Part shown: positions 11,331 to 23,659 of the stretch, in pieces
How the letters are laid out: every line of letters begins with the position of its first letter
Position numbering within the stretch: position 1 is the stretch's first letter
Source: Octopus vulgaris
Taxonomy: Eukaryota
NCBI GenBank assembly: GCA_951406725.2
Contig: OX597815.1
Location: 182,218,001-182,282,000 of the forward strand
Length of the DNA: 64,000 nt
Reading direction: 5' to 3'
Notes under the pieces: generated by a model
What the model was told of the DNA's origin: nothing
Database searches by the model: none
The model's input: only the letters and a program-made list of their open reading frames with translations
Position numbers and translations under genes: made by a program

Positions 11331-12645
11331 CGAGGGACGTTCAATAAGTAATGCCTCTGACCCACTTGCAGTTGTTTGATCTAGCTGAAATTTTGCATGT
11401 GCAATCATTTATATCTCTATAGAGTAAGTGGCAAATTACAGATATAGATTGAGTGGAAAATTACAGCTCTGAATTAATTGTGGTTTCTGATTTACAGGTG
11501 TTTGAACCGAGTCAAGTGTGAAATGGAGCCTGTTGAGTGTCGAGCAGTGATCCGGTTTTTGTATTTGAAAGGACGCACACCGCGGGAGACTTTTGATGAA
11601 ATGAAAGTAATTTATGGTGATGATGCCCCATCATATGACCTTGTAAAACGCTGGCATCGTGAATTCAAACATGGTCGGAACTCTGTGGAAACAGCTCCCA
11701 GATCTGGTCGCCCCTTCTGCCATTGATGAGGCATCTGTCCGTCAAGTTGAGGCTGCCATTTTGGAAGATCGACGCACAATTATTCGCCAAATAGCCCATG
11801 AGGTCAAGATTAGTACCGGGTCTGTGGAAACTATCATTCATGACCATTTGCATAATGAAAAGGTGTCTGCCAGATGGATTCCCAGGTTGCTCACGCCTTT
11901 CCAGAAGCAAGAACACGTCGAGTGCTCGAGGGTGAATTTGGAGATGTGCCAAGAAGATGAGTCAAAATTTTTCAAAAGACTGATTACACAGGATGAAACC
12001 TGGGTCCATCACGATGATCCAGAGACCAAAGCCCAGTCAATGCAGTGGAAGCACCGTGACTCACCCCCTCCAAAGAAGGCAAGTGTGCAGCCCTCCGCTG
12101 GCAAAGTCATGCTCACAGTCTTCTGGGACCAGGACGGAGTAGTGATGACAGATTTCCTGGCAAAGGGTACCACAATTGCAGGAGCCTATTATGCTTCACT
12201 TTTGAAGAAATTAAGAGAAGTTATCAAAATCAAGAGGCGGGGCAAGATCAGCAAAGGCATCCTCCTCCTGCAGGACAACGCTCCGGTCCATAACTCGCTT
12301 GTCGTCAGATCAGAAGCACAGGCGTATGGCTATGAACTCCTCCCCCATCCCCCTACTTTTCTGACCTTGCACCCTCTGATTTTCACCTCTTCCCAGTCAT
12401 GAAGTTGTTTTTGAAAGGAAAGCGTTTCCCAGATGATGCAGCCTTGATTTCTGAAGTCACGTTCAGGTTGGAGGACCAAGCTGGGTTCTTCTACAAAAAC
12501 GGTCTCCAGAGCTACATCAAACAATGGGAGAAATGCGTAACTCTGGGTGATTCCTATGTAGAAAAAGACCAATAACTGTGCCAAGTTTCGTTGCTCTACT
12601 GCTATAGGAAGTGGGTCAGGGGCATTACTTATTGAACGGCTTTCG
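11331..12645 (+). mobile_element. Full-length mariner transposon (~1.3 kb)
   Basis: Imperfect TIRs CGAGGGACGTTCAATAAGTAATGCCTCTGACCCACTT / AAGTGGGTCAGGGGCATTACTTATTGAACGGCTTTCG; TA on both sides. Confidence 0.95.
11523..12575 (+). pseudogene. Mariner DD34D transposase with two frameshifts (irritans/Himar1-like)
   Basis: HTH region and RSGRP, WIPRLL, DETWVHH, QDNAPVH, then shifted-frame YFSDLAPSDF and C-terminus KCVTLGDSYVEKDQ*; frameshifts at ~11715 and ~12355. Confidence 0.92.
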
Positions 12646-12649
12646 TATA

Positions 12650-12810
12650 TAGGGAGAGTTCACGAAAAAAACAAAAGACGAAGACAGGTGGTGTACAAAA
12701 CAAACATATGTATTAGTATAACGCTCAGGAATAGAAAAAGTCTTTTACGTTTCGAGCCTACGCTCTTCTACAGAAAGGAACACAGAAAAAAAACAAGGAG
12801 AGAAAAAATA
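12650..12810 (-). mobile_element. Short PLE-terminus-like element, family H2, with hammerhead motif
   Basis: Homologous to 45174-45360 and 58777-58960; minus strand CTTT-CTGTAGA-A-GAGC-GTAG-GCTC-GAAAC-GTA-AAAG. Confidence 0.65.
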
Positions 12811-12916
12811 TATTATATTTTTTTATTTCGCGCATGGGCATTGTTTGTTTGTAAGTTTGTCGACTACACAGTATAGTTGGTCAGTTGGGCACCGTCTGTG
12901 AGAAACAAACAATACC

Positions 12917-13535
12917 ATGACGCAATACTCTCTGCCAGAAATTTGGAAACGACACGCTGAGCTGCTTAGCATTCGCGCCGGAAACTTCAATACGAACATT
13001 TCAGAGTGTTTGAGTGTCAATATGAGGACATTTACCGAGAGTGATAAAAATCAAACATCCAGTCAACATCATGGGGTTTGGAGTGATCTCTATTGATGGC
13101 GACGTTATGCCTTCATTCATCCTCCCACAATGCCTCAAACTCAATAGGTAGGACTACATCAAATGCCTTGAGTAGGTAGTAATGCCCTGGGTCAAGAAGG
13201 TGGTTGCTGGAAGAACCTATGTCTGGCAACAGGGCTCTGCACCATGCCACACAAGCAGAAGAACCCAGTCATGACTGTCAGACAATTTCTGCAACCACAT
13301 CACCCCTAACATCTAGCCACCTTGCTCTCCAGACATCAACCCCCTTGATTATTATGTGTGGGGCGCAGTTGAGCGAGAGACCAGCAAAATTCTTTGTAAC
13401 ACCAAAGATGAACTGAAGGCAAGAACTATTGCAGCATTCGCCAACTTAAACAAGGAGAGAGTCCAGAAGAGTTGCAGGAGATTCCAAAGTCATCTGGAGG
13501 CTGTGGTGGAAGGCAATGGTGATTTTATTGAATAA
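12917..13535 (+). pseudogene. Internally deleted DD37D (maT-family) transposase
   Basis: YVWQQGSAPCHTSRRTQS*LSDNF...PPCSPDINPLDYYVWGAVE...LEAVVEGNGDFIE*; 37 residues between the second and third catalytic positions; several stops. Confidence 0.85.
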
Positions 13536-13655
13536 ATTACTCTTTAGTATTTCAAGATATTTTTATGTAATTTTGGTAAATATATCTGTGAAAATGAAAT
13601 GTCAGTGTTATTTTCATTTTTGTGTAGTTTAGAGAACAATTTATTCACCACATCA

Positions 13656-13720
<65 letters not shown>

Positions 13721-13721
13721 A

Positions 13722-15654
13722 TATATTAAATTAGAGATAAAGCCACTATTAGGCAAATCAAACAGTGAAAAGCATAAGCCAATACATAAAATTTATTTTA
13801 AAATATAAAAGTTAAAATTAAAATAATTTAAACTTATAAATTTTAAATATATACATACAAATATATATATATGTATATTTTTATATTTATATATTATTTT
13901 ATTTATTAATTTATTTATTTATATATTAATTTTTTTATTTTTATTATATAAATATCAAAAGTATTAGAAGTTTAATAAAAGATAAAGAGTAAAATACTAC
14001 GATCGTTTCATGGCTGTACCATTTCGAATAACAATAAGTTAAATTCAATTAATAATTCGAATTATGGTTACAGTCAATCTTCAGGTTAATTGAAATATTT
14101 TTAAAATAATCAGAAATATTTAAACAACATTTTTAAGATATAAATAATATAATAATTTTACTTATAATAAACTCTATTATCAAACTAGAAACTTAAAACT
14201 TAACGGTTATGATTATATCAAAATCGATTATAATGTTAAATATTAATTTTAATTTTTAAGGTAAGAAACCCACCAATAATCTAATATCGGTAATAGTCTA
14301 TATCTAATTACATAAATATTTTTTTTAAAAATTACTATTATATATAAATTATCAATGAAAATATATAAATGTATATAAATATTATAATTAAGATCTAAAA
14401 TAATCTCTATAAATAAATATATATGCACATATAATAAAGACCTAATAAATTACCTAATAAATTAATTTTTCATATTTAAACATGAAATAGCTAATTTCAA
14501 AAATACAAACAAACAAACTTAAACGAACTTTCGGAAATCTTATATTTAAAATACTTATAGAAATAATCAATTCGTAGTTATATAGTATCGAATACATACT
14601 AAAAATACTATAAATATACTTATCAATGGGAATAAAACTAGCAAATATCAATTTAAAAAGACAATAACTAAGTTATGCTATTAAGTTAGACATGGCCTGG
14701 ACTAATCTTTGGTCGAAACATATCTAAGTTTATCTAAGTTTATCTAATTTTAATTATAAGAAATTTAAAACTACAATTAATGCTACGATTTGATTATTTC
14801 TATAAGTGTTTTAAATATAAGATTTCCGAAAGTTCGTTTATGTTTGTTTGTTTGTAATTTTGAAATTAGCTATTTCATCTTTAAATATGAAAAATTAATT
14901 TATTAGGTAATTTGTTAGGTCTTTATTATATGTGCATATATATTTATTTATAGAGATTATTTTAGATCTTAATTATAATATTTATATACATTTATATATT
15001 TTCATTGATAATTTATATATAATAGTCATTTTTTAAAAAAATATTTATGTAATTAGATATAGACTATAACCGATATTAGATTATTGGTGGGTTTCTTACC
15101 TTAAAAATTAAAATTAATATTTAACATTATAATCGATTTTGATATAATCATAACCGTTAAGTTTTAAGTTTCTAGTTTGATAATAGAGTTTATTATAAGT
15201 AAAATTATTATATTATTTATATCTTAAAAATATTGTCTAAATATTTCTGATTATTTTTAAAATATTTCAATTAACCTGAAGATTGACTGTAACCATAATT
15301 CGAATTATTAATTGAATTTAAATTATTGTTATTCGAATTGGTACAGCCATGAAACGATCATAGTATTTTACTCTTTATCTTTTATTAAACTTTAAATACT
15401 TTTGATATTTATATAATAAAAAGAAAAAAAATTAATATATAAATAAATAAATTAATGAATAAAATAATATATAAATATAAAAATATACATACATATATAT
15501 ATATATATTTGTATGTATATATTTAAAATTTATAAGTTTAAATTATTTTAATAAATTTTTAAATTTTAACTTTTATATTTTTAAATTAATTTATTGGCTT
15601 ATGATTTTCACTGTTTGATTTGCCTAATAGTGGTTTTATCTCTAATTTAATATA
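13722..15654. repeat. ~1.9-kb AT-rich inverted repeat (arms ~860 bp, spacer ~205 bp), PLE-like
   Basis: 13722-14577 is the reverse complement of 14783-15654 with scattered substitutions; each arm has a CTGAAGA...GAAACGATC hammerhead-like motif. Confidence 0.9.
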
Positions 15655-15747
15655 ATATAATATAATATAATACATTAATACTATAAAATTGGATTTAATC
15701 CTAAATCTAATTTTTCCCTGTAAGTTTGGATTTATTCCCTAATATTA

Positions 15748-15781
<34 letters not shown>

Positions 15782-16379
15782 TCATGAACGTATACATATT
15801 TATATATGCATTATTAGCAGGTCGTCACATGTACACGCGCACGCACAAACATACACACACATACACAAACATACACACGCACACACGCACACACGTGTGT
15901 TCATATGTTGTGTTATTCCTACCTGTCTATCTTGCTGCACTTTTCAGTTGATTTACGACGCTTCATGTCTGCCTTTGTGTTCGATTGAATAACTTCTAGT
16001 GAATGTAACGAGGCAAATAAATTCCTCAAAGCAATTATTTAACAATTCAATGATAGAAACACGTTAGCGACAGAGGAATCAAGAAAACTATCATATTTTT
16101 TTCTCTATTCAAAATATCATCTTGGATTCTACATTACATTGTCGTTTGAAGATTCCCTTATTGGAATGGTTTGAAGTAGTTTGGTATGAAATGTCTGTAT
16201 TTGTTTCATGTCATCTCAAAGATACATGTGTTCTTTTTCCTTGCTCTACTTGTGATGTTTTCCTCTATTAATTCACGTTTTTTTAATACAGAACGTATTA
16301 CTTATTTGCCTTAAAAAGCACGAAGTAGCAGGATAGTTAGAACGCAGGAAAAATGCCAGCATTTACCGTATATTCATCA

Positions 16380-16773
16380 CTAGCAGTATCGTCCGGCGTT
16401 GCTCGGGTTTCTTTCGACCCTTTAGAATTGGAATTTTTGAAAAGTAAAAATTTTGCATTATGTAGCTTGTTATTCTCTTTAAGTGAACATTTTTCTGGTT
16501 GAAATACACCGAAAAATGGCGATACAGCAGTCAAAAATCGTAAAAAATAGGGATTTTCATAGAAAAAAGAGCACCTTTTTGATGTAAATAATTTTTGGTG
16601 TTAACATGGTCCACTTTGAATTTTCTTTCTTCTACGGATGGAAGAGCAAGCCTTCTTCTATCATACTCTTAATTTTGGTCAACTTGTGCCGCAGGGTTTC
16701 GGAGGAGATAGTGTTAGTTGAAGGCTACTAAACCTGCCATACACAAACAACTTCAGCTTTATATAGAGAGAGA
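16380..16773 (-). mobile_element. Non-autonomous Helitron
   Basis: Minus-strand 3' end CCCGAGCAACGCCGGACGATACTGCTAG nearly identical to the 1108-1404 element; 5' TCTCTCTCTATATAAAGCTGAAGTTG. Confidence 0.82.
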
Positions 16774-17177
16774 TTGATATTGCCTGTTAGGTCCAGGTTT
16801 TATGTCAACAATTTCTATGCTTCGCAGCAAGGCTGGTAGACTGAATCCTTCGCCCACTTGGTCCTGTTTAGTAAAGTTAAGCCTGATATTAAATTGGATA
16901 ATTTCTTCTGTTTGTGGACATGTCGATAAACTATAGGTGTTGTATGTACTACTTCTTTCTGTATCAATATAGAGATTCCTTACATGATTGGTTTTCCTGG
17001 AATAGAAATAGAATCCAAATTTATGTCAAATCATCCTTACCAACTTACAAAGGAAAGCGCAGTGGTCCTTTACACGTGTTAAATTTAATCTCAGGTTCGC
17101 TTGACTAGGAATGACTTAATGGAACAAATTTCGGCATCTATAACAGACTCCCCCATCTAATGTCTGTTACTAAAATA

Positions 17178-17336
17178 TTCTTTGTCTATTCTAGGCACAA
17201 GTCCCGAAACATTTGGGGAGGGGGCCAGTCAATTAGATCGACCCTAATACGCAACTGGTGCTTAATTTATCGACCTCAAAAGGATGAAAGGCAAAGTCGA
17301 CCTCAGCGGAATTTGAACTCTGACAGACGAAATCCC
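17178..17336 (-). mobile_element. SINE family A copy, head truncated at LINE junction
   Basis: Body plus tail type 2 (CTAGGCACAAG on +); ends at GACGAAATCCC where the LINE tail starts. Confidence 0.8.
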
Positions 17337-18555
17337 AATTTCTTTATTGCCCACAGGGGGCCAAGCACAGAAATGGACAAAACAACTGATTGGAATCAGT
17401 AATATGTTATGATTTTACATAAAATATGAATATAAAAATTATATAAAATATATAAAAAATCGAATGAAATTAACAATACAGAGACAACACAAATAGAGCG
17501 ATGATCAGGCCACGTTCCGACCCTACAAGCCCCAATCTATCGCTGGTACTATTTTTGTTCTTCTTTTATAGCCTATTCACACAGTTCCTTGCACGCACAA
17601 CACTCGTGCAACATGCTTCCATCTCTTTTTGAACATACTCTCCGACAGACACCTATTCTCCAGCCACACCTTCCTTTTCAAATGAAAAGTAAAAAATGAT
17701 CGTAAATCGTGGCCGGAGATAAAGTTGCCTGTCTTAATCCCTTTTATCCTAGTCTTCCATACTGCCTCTTTTGCTAGTGCTACAACCGTGAGTAAACAAT
17801 TCTTACCTTCGTTCGTTAAAACTTTCGCTGGGTCAATTTTTATAAGTGACTCAATCGACAGCTGTACTCTTCCTTCGCTGGACAACAGGTGTTCAGCATA
17901 CGCCCACATTTCAGATATCTCCGGACACTGGACAATAACGTGAGGGACGGTTTACCTGTCTACCCGCATCTTGGACAGGTCGGTGACTGACGCTTACCTT
18001 GTCTTGCGAGCTTATCCCAAACGGGCGAGGTACCTCTGTAACATTGCCAGGACAAGGACTTTTGGAAGTTGTCCAACGTTCTCAGGCTGTCCAGTTGAAT
18101 AAACCCGAGACCTAGTGTCGCCCCCAGGTCATCGTCACATTCAGACTCTACCAATCCACTATATAAAATTCGAGTAGAAACCCCACCGCTGGCGTTGCCC
18201 GAGCGCCGGAATAGCTGGAGGGCCTTACGGCACTCTTTATGCCATTCACTTGACCTAGGTCTACGAAAATACCAGGCTTCCTGTTCGCAAAAACTTTTGA
18301 ATTCGGAGAACATTTGTCTGGCCAGCGGAGACCACACCCGTTCATCATCCAGGAGAATCCAGAGATGCCTCAACCTCAACGCATTCCTGCGCATCATTAA
18401 CCAAGGCATCTCTAAACCTCCCTTTAACGGCTTTTCACAACAGACAGAGCATTTCACAAGTGGTGTCCTGCTCTTCTATAAAAAGCGAAAGAACTGTCTC
18501 TCCAATTTGATCAACTACGAATCCGGATATGGCACGACGGTCAGTGCGTATCGGA
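17337..18555 (-). mobile_element. 5'-truncated Tx1/L1-clade LINE (ORF2 C-terminus with zinc knuckle, 3' UTR, tail)
   Basis: KGGLEMP...LRLRHLW...CPRCG...VPHVIVQCPEISEMW...FHLKRKVWLE...FKKRW; T-rich 3' UTR ending GGCCCCCTGTGGGCAATAAAGAAA. Confidence 0.8.
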
Positions 18556-19139
18556 GGTTTGATGCTCATTACAGGCTAAAGAAGTTGACTTTTGACAGGG
18601 TTTTAATCTACCGAATCATTGGTAAGTTTATTTTATTGTATGTAAAGTTTCCATACTTCAAGAAACGTTGTTGTTTTTGAGAACACATTTTAGAATTAGT
18701 TAAACTTTTACTACTCACCCTACAGTCATTAAATAGCTGTGATGTCATCCTTTCACCGGTGAGGCAAGCTGAAGCAAACATTTTATGGGACACAATACAA
18801 GTCAGTGTGAAAATGTCAGTTGTAATTAGAATTTTAATGAAGATTATTAATGAGTATAAAACCAGTGGTTTGACTTATATGTCTCCTGAAGTGGACTGAA
18901 TAAAACTTGTTTCTGTTTTCGTAAATCGTTGATTTCTAAACTTTGGTTTATTCTTCTTTCAACTATGAATTTTCTCAGTTAATGTCTAAATATTGTATTT
19001 CACACTTTCTTTAACTAACTTAAGCCTCGGGTAGTAAAAAAAAAAAATGTAGCAAAATTGTTGAAAACTGCTAGAAGTTAAATGTACCCCCCCATCTTTA
19101 TTGAAATGGTTTGCCGTCGTTGGTGATAATTAGTGTTGA

Positions 19140-19467
19140 TGCTTGTTTGTTGAGCGAAGCGGTCTTCGTGGGAAAAGTCCGAAACGTTGTCCTTTGCTAT
19201 TCGTAAGGCCCGCAGCAGAGAAAGCATGTCAGCCCACGACACCGAGAGCATCGACGGATGGATGAATGCGCATCCAGGCTCAGCGGTTGCCTAGGAAGTC
19301 GGAGACAGGAAGAAAGAGTACAACAGGGGTCGCCACCCCCTGCCGGAGACTCGTGAAGCTTTAGGTGTTTTCGCTCAATAAACACACACAACGCCCGGTC
19401 TGGGAATCGAAATCGCGATCCTCCGACCGCGAGTCCGCTGCCCTAACCACTGGGCCATTGCGCCTCC
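19140..19467 (-). mobile_element. tRNA-derived SINE (family C)
   Basis: A-box TGGCCCAGTGG and B-box-like TTTCGATTCCC, followed by a non-tRNA GC-rich body; no acceptor stem closure. Confidence 0.75.
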
Positions 19468-20319
19468 TACAATTGATGCTGTTAAAATATTTCTGTTGTT
19501 AGATATGTTGTTACTGTTAATAGATTTATTCTTTCAATTGCAAGTTTAAAGTTTAATCTTCATAAAGTTAATCTTCATAAAAGATTCTAATTACAACTTA
19601 AAATTTCAATCCTTTTAATTAAACACAGAGCTCTGAAATCTTTTGAATAAATGAGGCAGAAACCGAAAATATTATCACACGCTCAGTAAAGAAAGATGAA
19701 AGAATTTCAAAAATGGTGAATATTCGTAATGCAAGCCGGAAAGAGGTTAAATAAAAGAGGTGTCCGCCGATTCACGTTAGAAAAATGATTATATCTTCGG
19801 AGTAATTATACACACAACCATAATTTCAAAGCAGACCACGTAAATGGCGATATGTCTCAGTGCAAGCAGGTCAAACAGTTTTAGGTTGACAAGTACTTAG
19901 TGTACCAAGATACTAAGTACTAAGTATGAAATTTGATATCGTGTAATAGAAAAGTCGATAATGTTATATCTTATTATTGTTATATACTTTTGCAGTCGAG
20001 ACGCATTTCTTCATTGGTTAGTGGATATAACTCTAAATAAGTACTCAAAGGAAATATAATTCACTATTGTAAAGAGGTGGTTAATTAATTAACGATCCAT
20101 TAGTTTTGATCGATAAGTGTAAATTCTATCATGGGATTGCAGAAAATTACAAGATAGCATTCTATAGAATGCAGTGTGTGTAAACTAACGCTTAGTGATG
20201 CTCCTACGCGTTACAGAATCCATAGAATTAGTACACCGAATAATAAATGTTATCTCTCGAAATCCATACTTAAATGATTGGTAGAATATTTCAACGTAGA
20301 AATTCTTTGAATGCGTGTG

Positions 20320-21000
20320 TACAAGGTGTATTCCAGAAGTTTTCAAACTTTTTTTCAGGAGAGACATTTATTAATTTCAAAGAAGTACTAAATTCTAATC
20401 TTCTTCAAGTAGGATCCCCTGACTTCAATGCACTCAGTGCTTCAGCCCCCTCATGAAGTCCTCCGTGGAAGCCCTTTAAAGTAAAGGTGTCCAGGACCCT
20501 TGTTACAATCTCCTTCATCTTCAGTAAGGTTGCCAATGAGGTTCTCCTTCAGGTTGAGGAACAACAAAACGTAACTAGGAGCAAGGTTCAATCTGTAAGG
20601 AGGTTGAGGGACGGTCGTGATGTACATTTCTGTCAAGTATTTCGTTATCAGTGTGCTAGTCCCTTAGCACCCTGACGAAAAACGTTGCAGAAATTTGGGC
20701 ACGTACAGATCTTCATGAGTAATCCTGTGTACAGTTGCCACACCAACCCTGAAAGCCGTTGTGTGTCTAGAAAGACAATAAACATTTCCCTACCCAGCTC
20801 TAATATTCGAATGTGCCTGTCCCTACCACACCTCACCCTTCTTCATTGCAGCCCTTGAACCGTTTGTGCCAGGATATCGGGGCAATCTCATAAGTTTATG
20901 TAGAGGTTTTGCACGGTTTAACAAAACTTGATTGCATTGCAAGCTTCCACATTGTTTTCATGTACCGATTTCGTTTTGCAAGCTGGTCAGCTGCGACAAG
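20320..21000 (-). mobile_element. Degenerate mariner relic
   Basis: PQPPYRLNLAPSYVLLFLNLKENL resembles the PHPPYSPDLAPSDF motif; TIR-like TACAAGGTGTATTCCAGAAGTTT at 20320. Confidence 0.6.
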
Positions 21001-21091
21001 CATTGTTTAGTAGAACGCGTTGAAAGTCCGGCTACCCGTCTCTTTCAGTCGGGAATAAAACGCTGGCAGGTCAGCTTATTAGATGTATTAT

Positions 21092-21280
21092 ACTGGCACT
21101 CCGTCGGTTGCGACGGCGAAGGTTCCAGTTGATCCAATCAACGGAACAGCTTGCTCGTGAAATTAATGTGAAAATGGCTGAGCACTCCACAGACACGCGT
21201 ACCCTTAATGTAGTTCACTGGGAACTTCAGCGTAACACAGAATGTGACAAGGCTGGCCCATTTTGAAACACAGGTACTAC
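21092..21280. mobile_element. Interspersed repeat, probable SINE segment (unclassified)
   Basis: Homologous inverted copy at ~61666-61783 (GGCTGAGCAC...CACAGACA...GTACCCTTAA). Confidence 0.6.
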
Positions 21281-22137
21281 TAATTTTAGCCATCGGTCCG
21301 CGGACTACCGCTTTGAGTAGCACTGGGTTAAAACACTCTGCTGAATTTATTTTGCCTTTTATATTCTAAGTTATGTACCACCTAGGTTGATTTTTACCTT
21401 TCGTAGGTTTCCTAAATTAAGTGCCAGACAAATACTAGAATTCAGTTATTCATTTTCCCCAAATACCGCATTAAAATTCATAACGCATTAATCTGGGCTC
21501 AAATACAAATAGTTATGATTTTATTCTCCTTAAGCTAATATTTAACATTAGAGAAGAGCGTTGTAGTTCGCTTGAAGCACTGTACCATAGAAGGAAAATA
21601 ATAAATGGAAAAGGAAATGAGGAGAGTTTCTCACAATACAGAGACGAAAGTTGAAAAAATCTTTATATATATTACGAGCGCAAAAGCCCGTCTTCAGAAG
21701 GGTACAAGTCAAAGAAAACTCTGAACTAAAACTGGGACACCGCCCACCCGGCTATCCAGAATGGCAAGATCTACGTATAGAGACATTTCTTTTACTGTAC
21801 CTTTTTCTGCAGATGGACCTTTGCATTTGAAATATATAAATATTTTTCGTCTCTGCACTAATAGAATATTTCCTCATTTTCCCTCCTCATTAATTAACAT
21901 CAAGATTTTCAATGAAGAGTACTTCATTTCTGTATACATCGTTGTATTGAAATAAAATGTAAAGAATATTACACAGTAGTTATCACTTTCGTTTATAGAT
22001 CTGAGTTTGTCAGTTTAGGCTGTGCAGAAGATATTACTTTACGAAGTGTAATACTTGTTTATTCATAAGAGCTAATCCACTTTTAAATCCTTCATTATTA
22101 CAGATGAGATGTTATCGTCAGTATCTTTTGTATCTTT

Positions 22138-22494
22138 TCAGAATGGCCTTTCACATAGGGTAGACAGACTGTGGTCAGTTTATGGATTCCATCCTCTCTT
22201 TTCTTCATAATTGGAGTGGATAGTATGTTTTGGGGGTAGTTGTTGCTTAATAGATTGTTATTGAGCTTGATCATTTATTCGAGGATAGCTGATCATGTAT
22301 GAAAAACGGAGACCACCTCCCCCTGTGGAATGAAGTTAAAATAATAGACAGAGAACACCACTGGAAAATACGAGAACTAAAAGAAGCAGCATATATGCTA
22401 GGACAGAACAACTTCCTAAGCAGACCTAGTGCAGATATGAATAGAATATGGGAACCGGTATTAAGGAAGGATAGGAAAATATTAGATTTATAAG

Positions 22495-22495
<1 letters not shown>
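22138..22495. pseudogene. Penelope-like retroelement fragment with inverted 5' part
   Basis: Plus 22281-22493: KNGDHLPLWNEVKIIDREHHWKIRELKEAA...IWEPVL (GIY-YIG C-terminus). Minus 22138-22280: LSNNYPQ...TVCLPYVKGHSE (post-RT region). Confidence 0.75.
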
Positions 22496-22525
<30 letters not shown>

Positions 22526-22528
<3 letters not shown>

Positions 22529-22674
22529 CGCCGAGGTCGACTTTGCCTTTCATCCTTTCGGGGTCGATAAATTAAGTACCAGTTACGCACTGGGGTCGAT
22601 GTAATCGACTTAAATTCGTTTGTCTGTCCTTGTTTGTCCCCTCTATGTTTAGCCCCTTGTGGGTAATAAAGAAA
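22526..22674 (+). mobile_element. 5'-truncated SINE family A (tail type 1) inside (TA)n
   Basis: Body plus tail TTGTCCCCTCTATGTTTAGCCCCTTGTGGGTAATAAAGAAA. Confidence 0.88.
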
Positions 22675-23555
22675 CATATATATATATATATAAACTTTTA
22701 TAACTAATATGAAATTGTTAAATGTTTGGAAAGATTTAGAAAGGAGTATATGAAGAGATAAACATGAACAGTGATACGCTTAGTTTAATATATTTAGACA
22801 GATTCTGAGAAAAATGCTCAACAGTAAAAGGCAATAATTTCAGTTGCGGAAACTAATAAGAATTACGTCTTGCTGATTCACATATCAGAATGCTGATTAC
22901 CATTTAAATGTGAATCTTCGTATGAAAGAAATATCGATATCCAATTAATATCAATTGTACGACATACGTAAGCATTGATTTCGATTTTAAATTAATACAA
23001 TTTAACCTACATTGTAATAGAATTATTTTTTCTTTACAGACAAGTAGTCAAGTAATACTTCTAAAGTAGAACTAAAAGCAATGAAAAAAAAAAAAGCATT
23101 TTAAACTTTCATTTAAAATTCCTTCGAAATAGTGTAATAGCAACAAGTTAGTTTAGGAGAAGCTTTCAAGCTACTGAAACTTAGATCTTATTACATACAT
23201 AAATTCCTGAACATATAATAAGCTATACGAAGAGCTGTACTCTCATTTGTACTCAGTAGTATTGTTTTAACTTCTTATATGAGCATCAACTCAAATCGGA
23301 TTGCAAGAAGGAATCGAATTCTCTGCTGAACTGCAAAACACAAATTATATTCATCTTTCAGTGATGCTCTTTTTCTCAAATAGCTTCAGATGGAAAATAA
23401 AATTATGAAGATTAAATTAACGTAAGTTCTCGTATATTTATCACAAACAACCACGGTATTTACTTGAAAGCTACTATTACGTTGAATACAATTTAAAATA
23501 TGTCTCAAAGGTATATACTCACACATATGTTTGTATGTGTGTACCTGTGTCACTA

Positions 23556-23659
<104 letters not shown>

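Noticed and set aside
18195-18680. 161-aa plus-strand ORF
   Set aside because: Antisense shadow of the LINE ORF2 fragment.
19148-19192. Hammerhead-like GTCCGAAACGTTG at the end of SINE C
   Set aside because: No CUGANGA-compatible core and no stem I.
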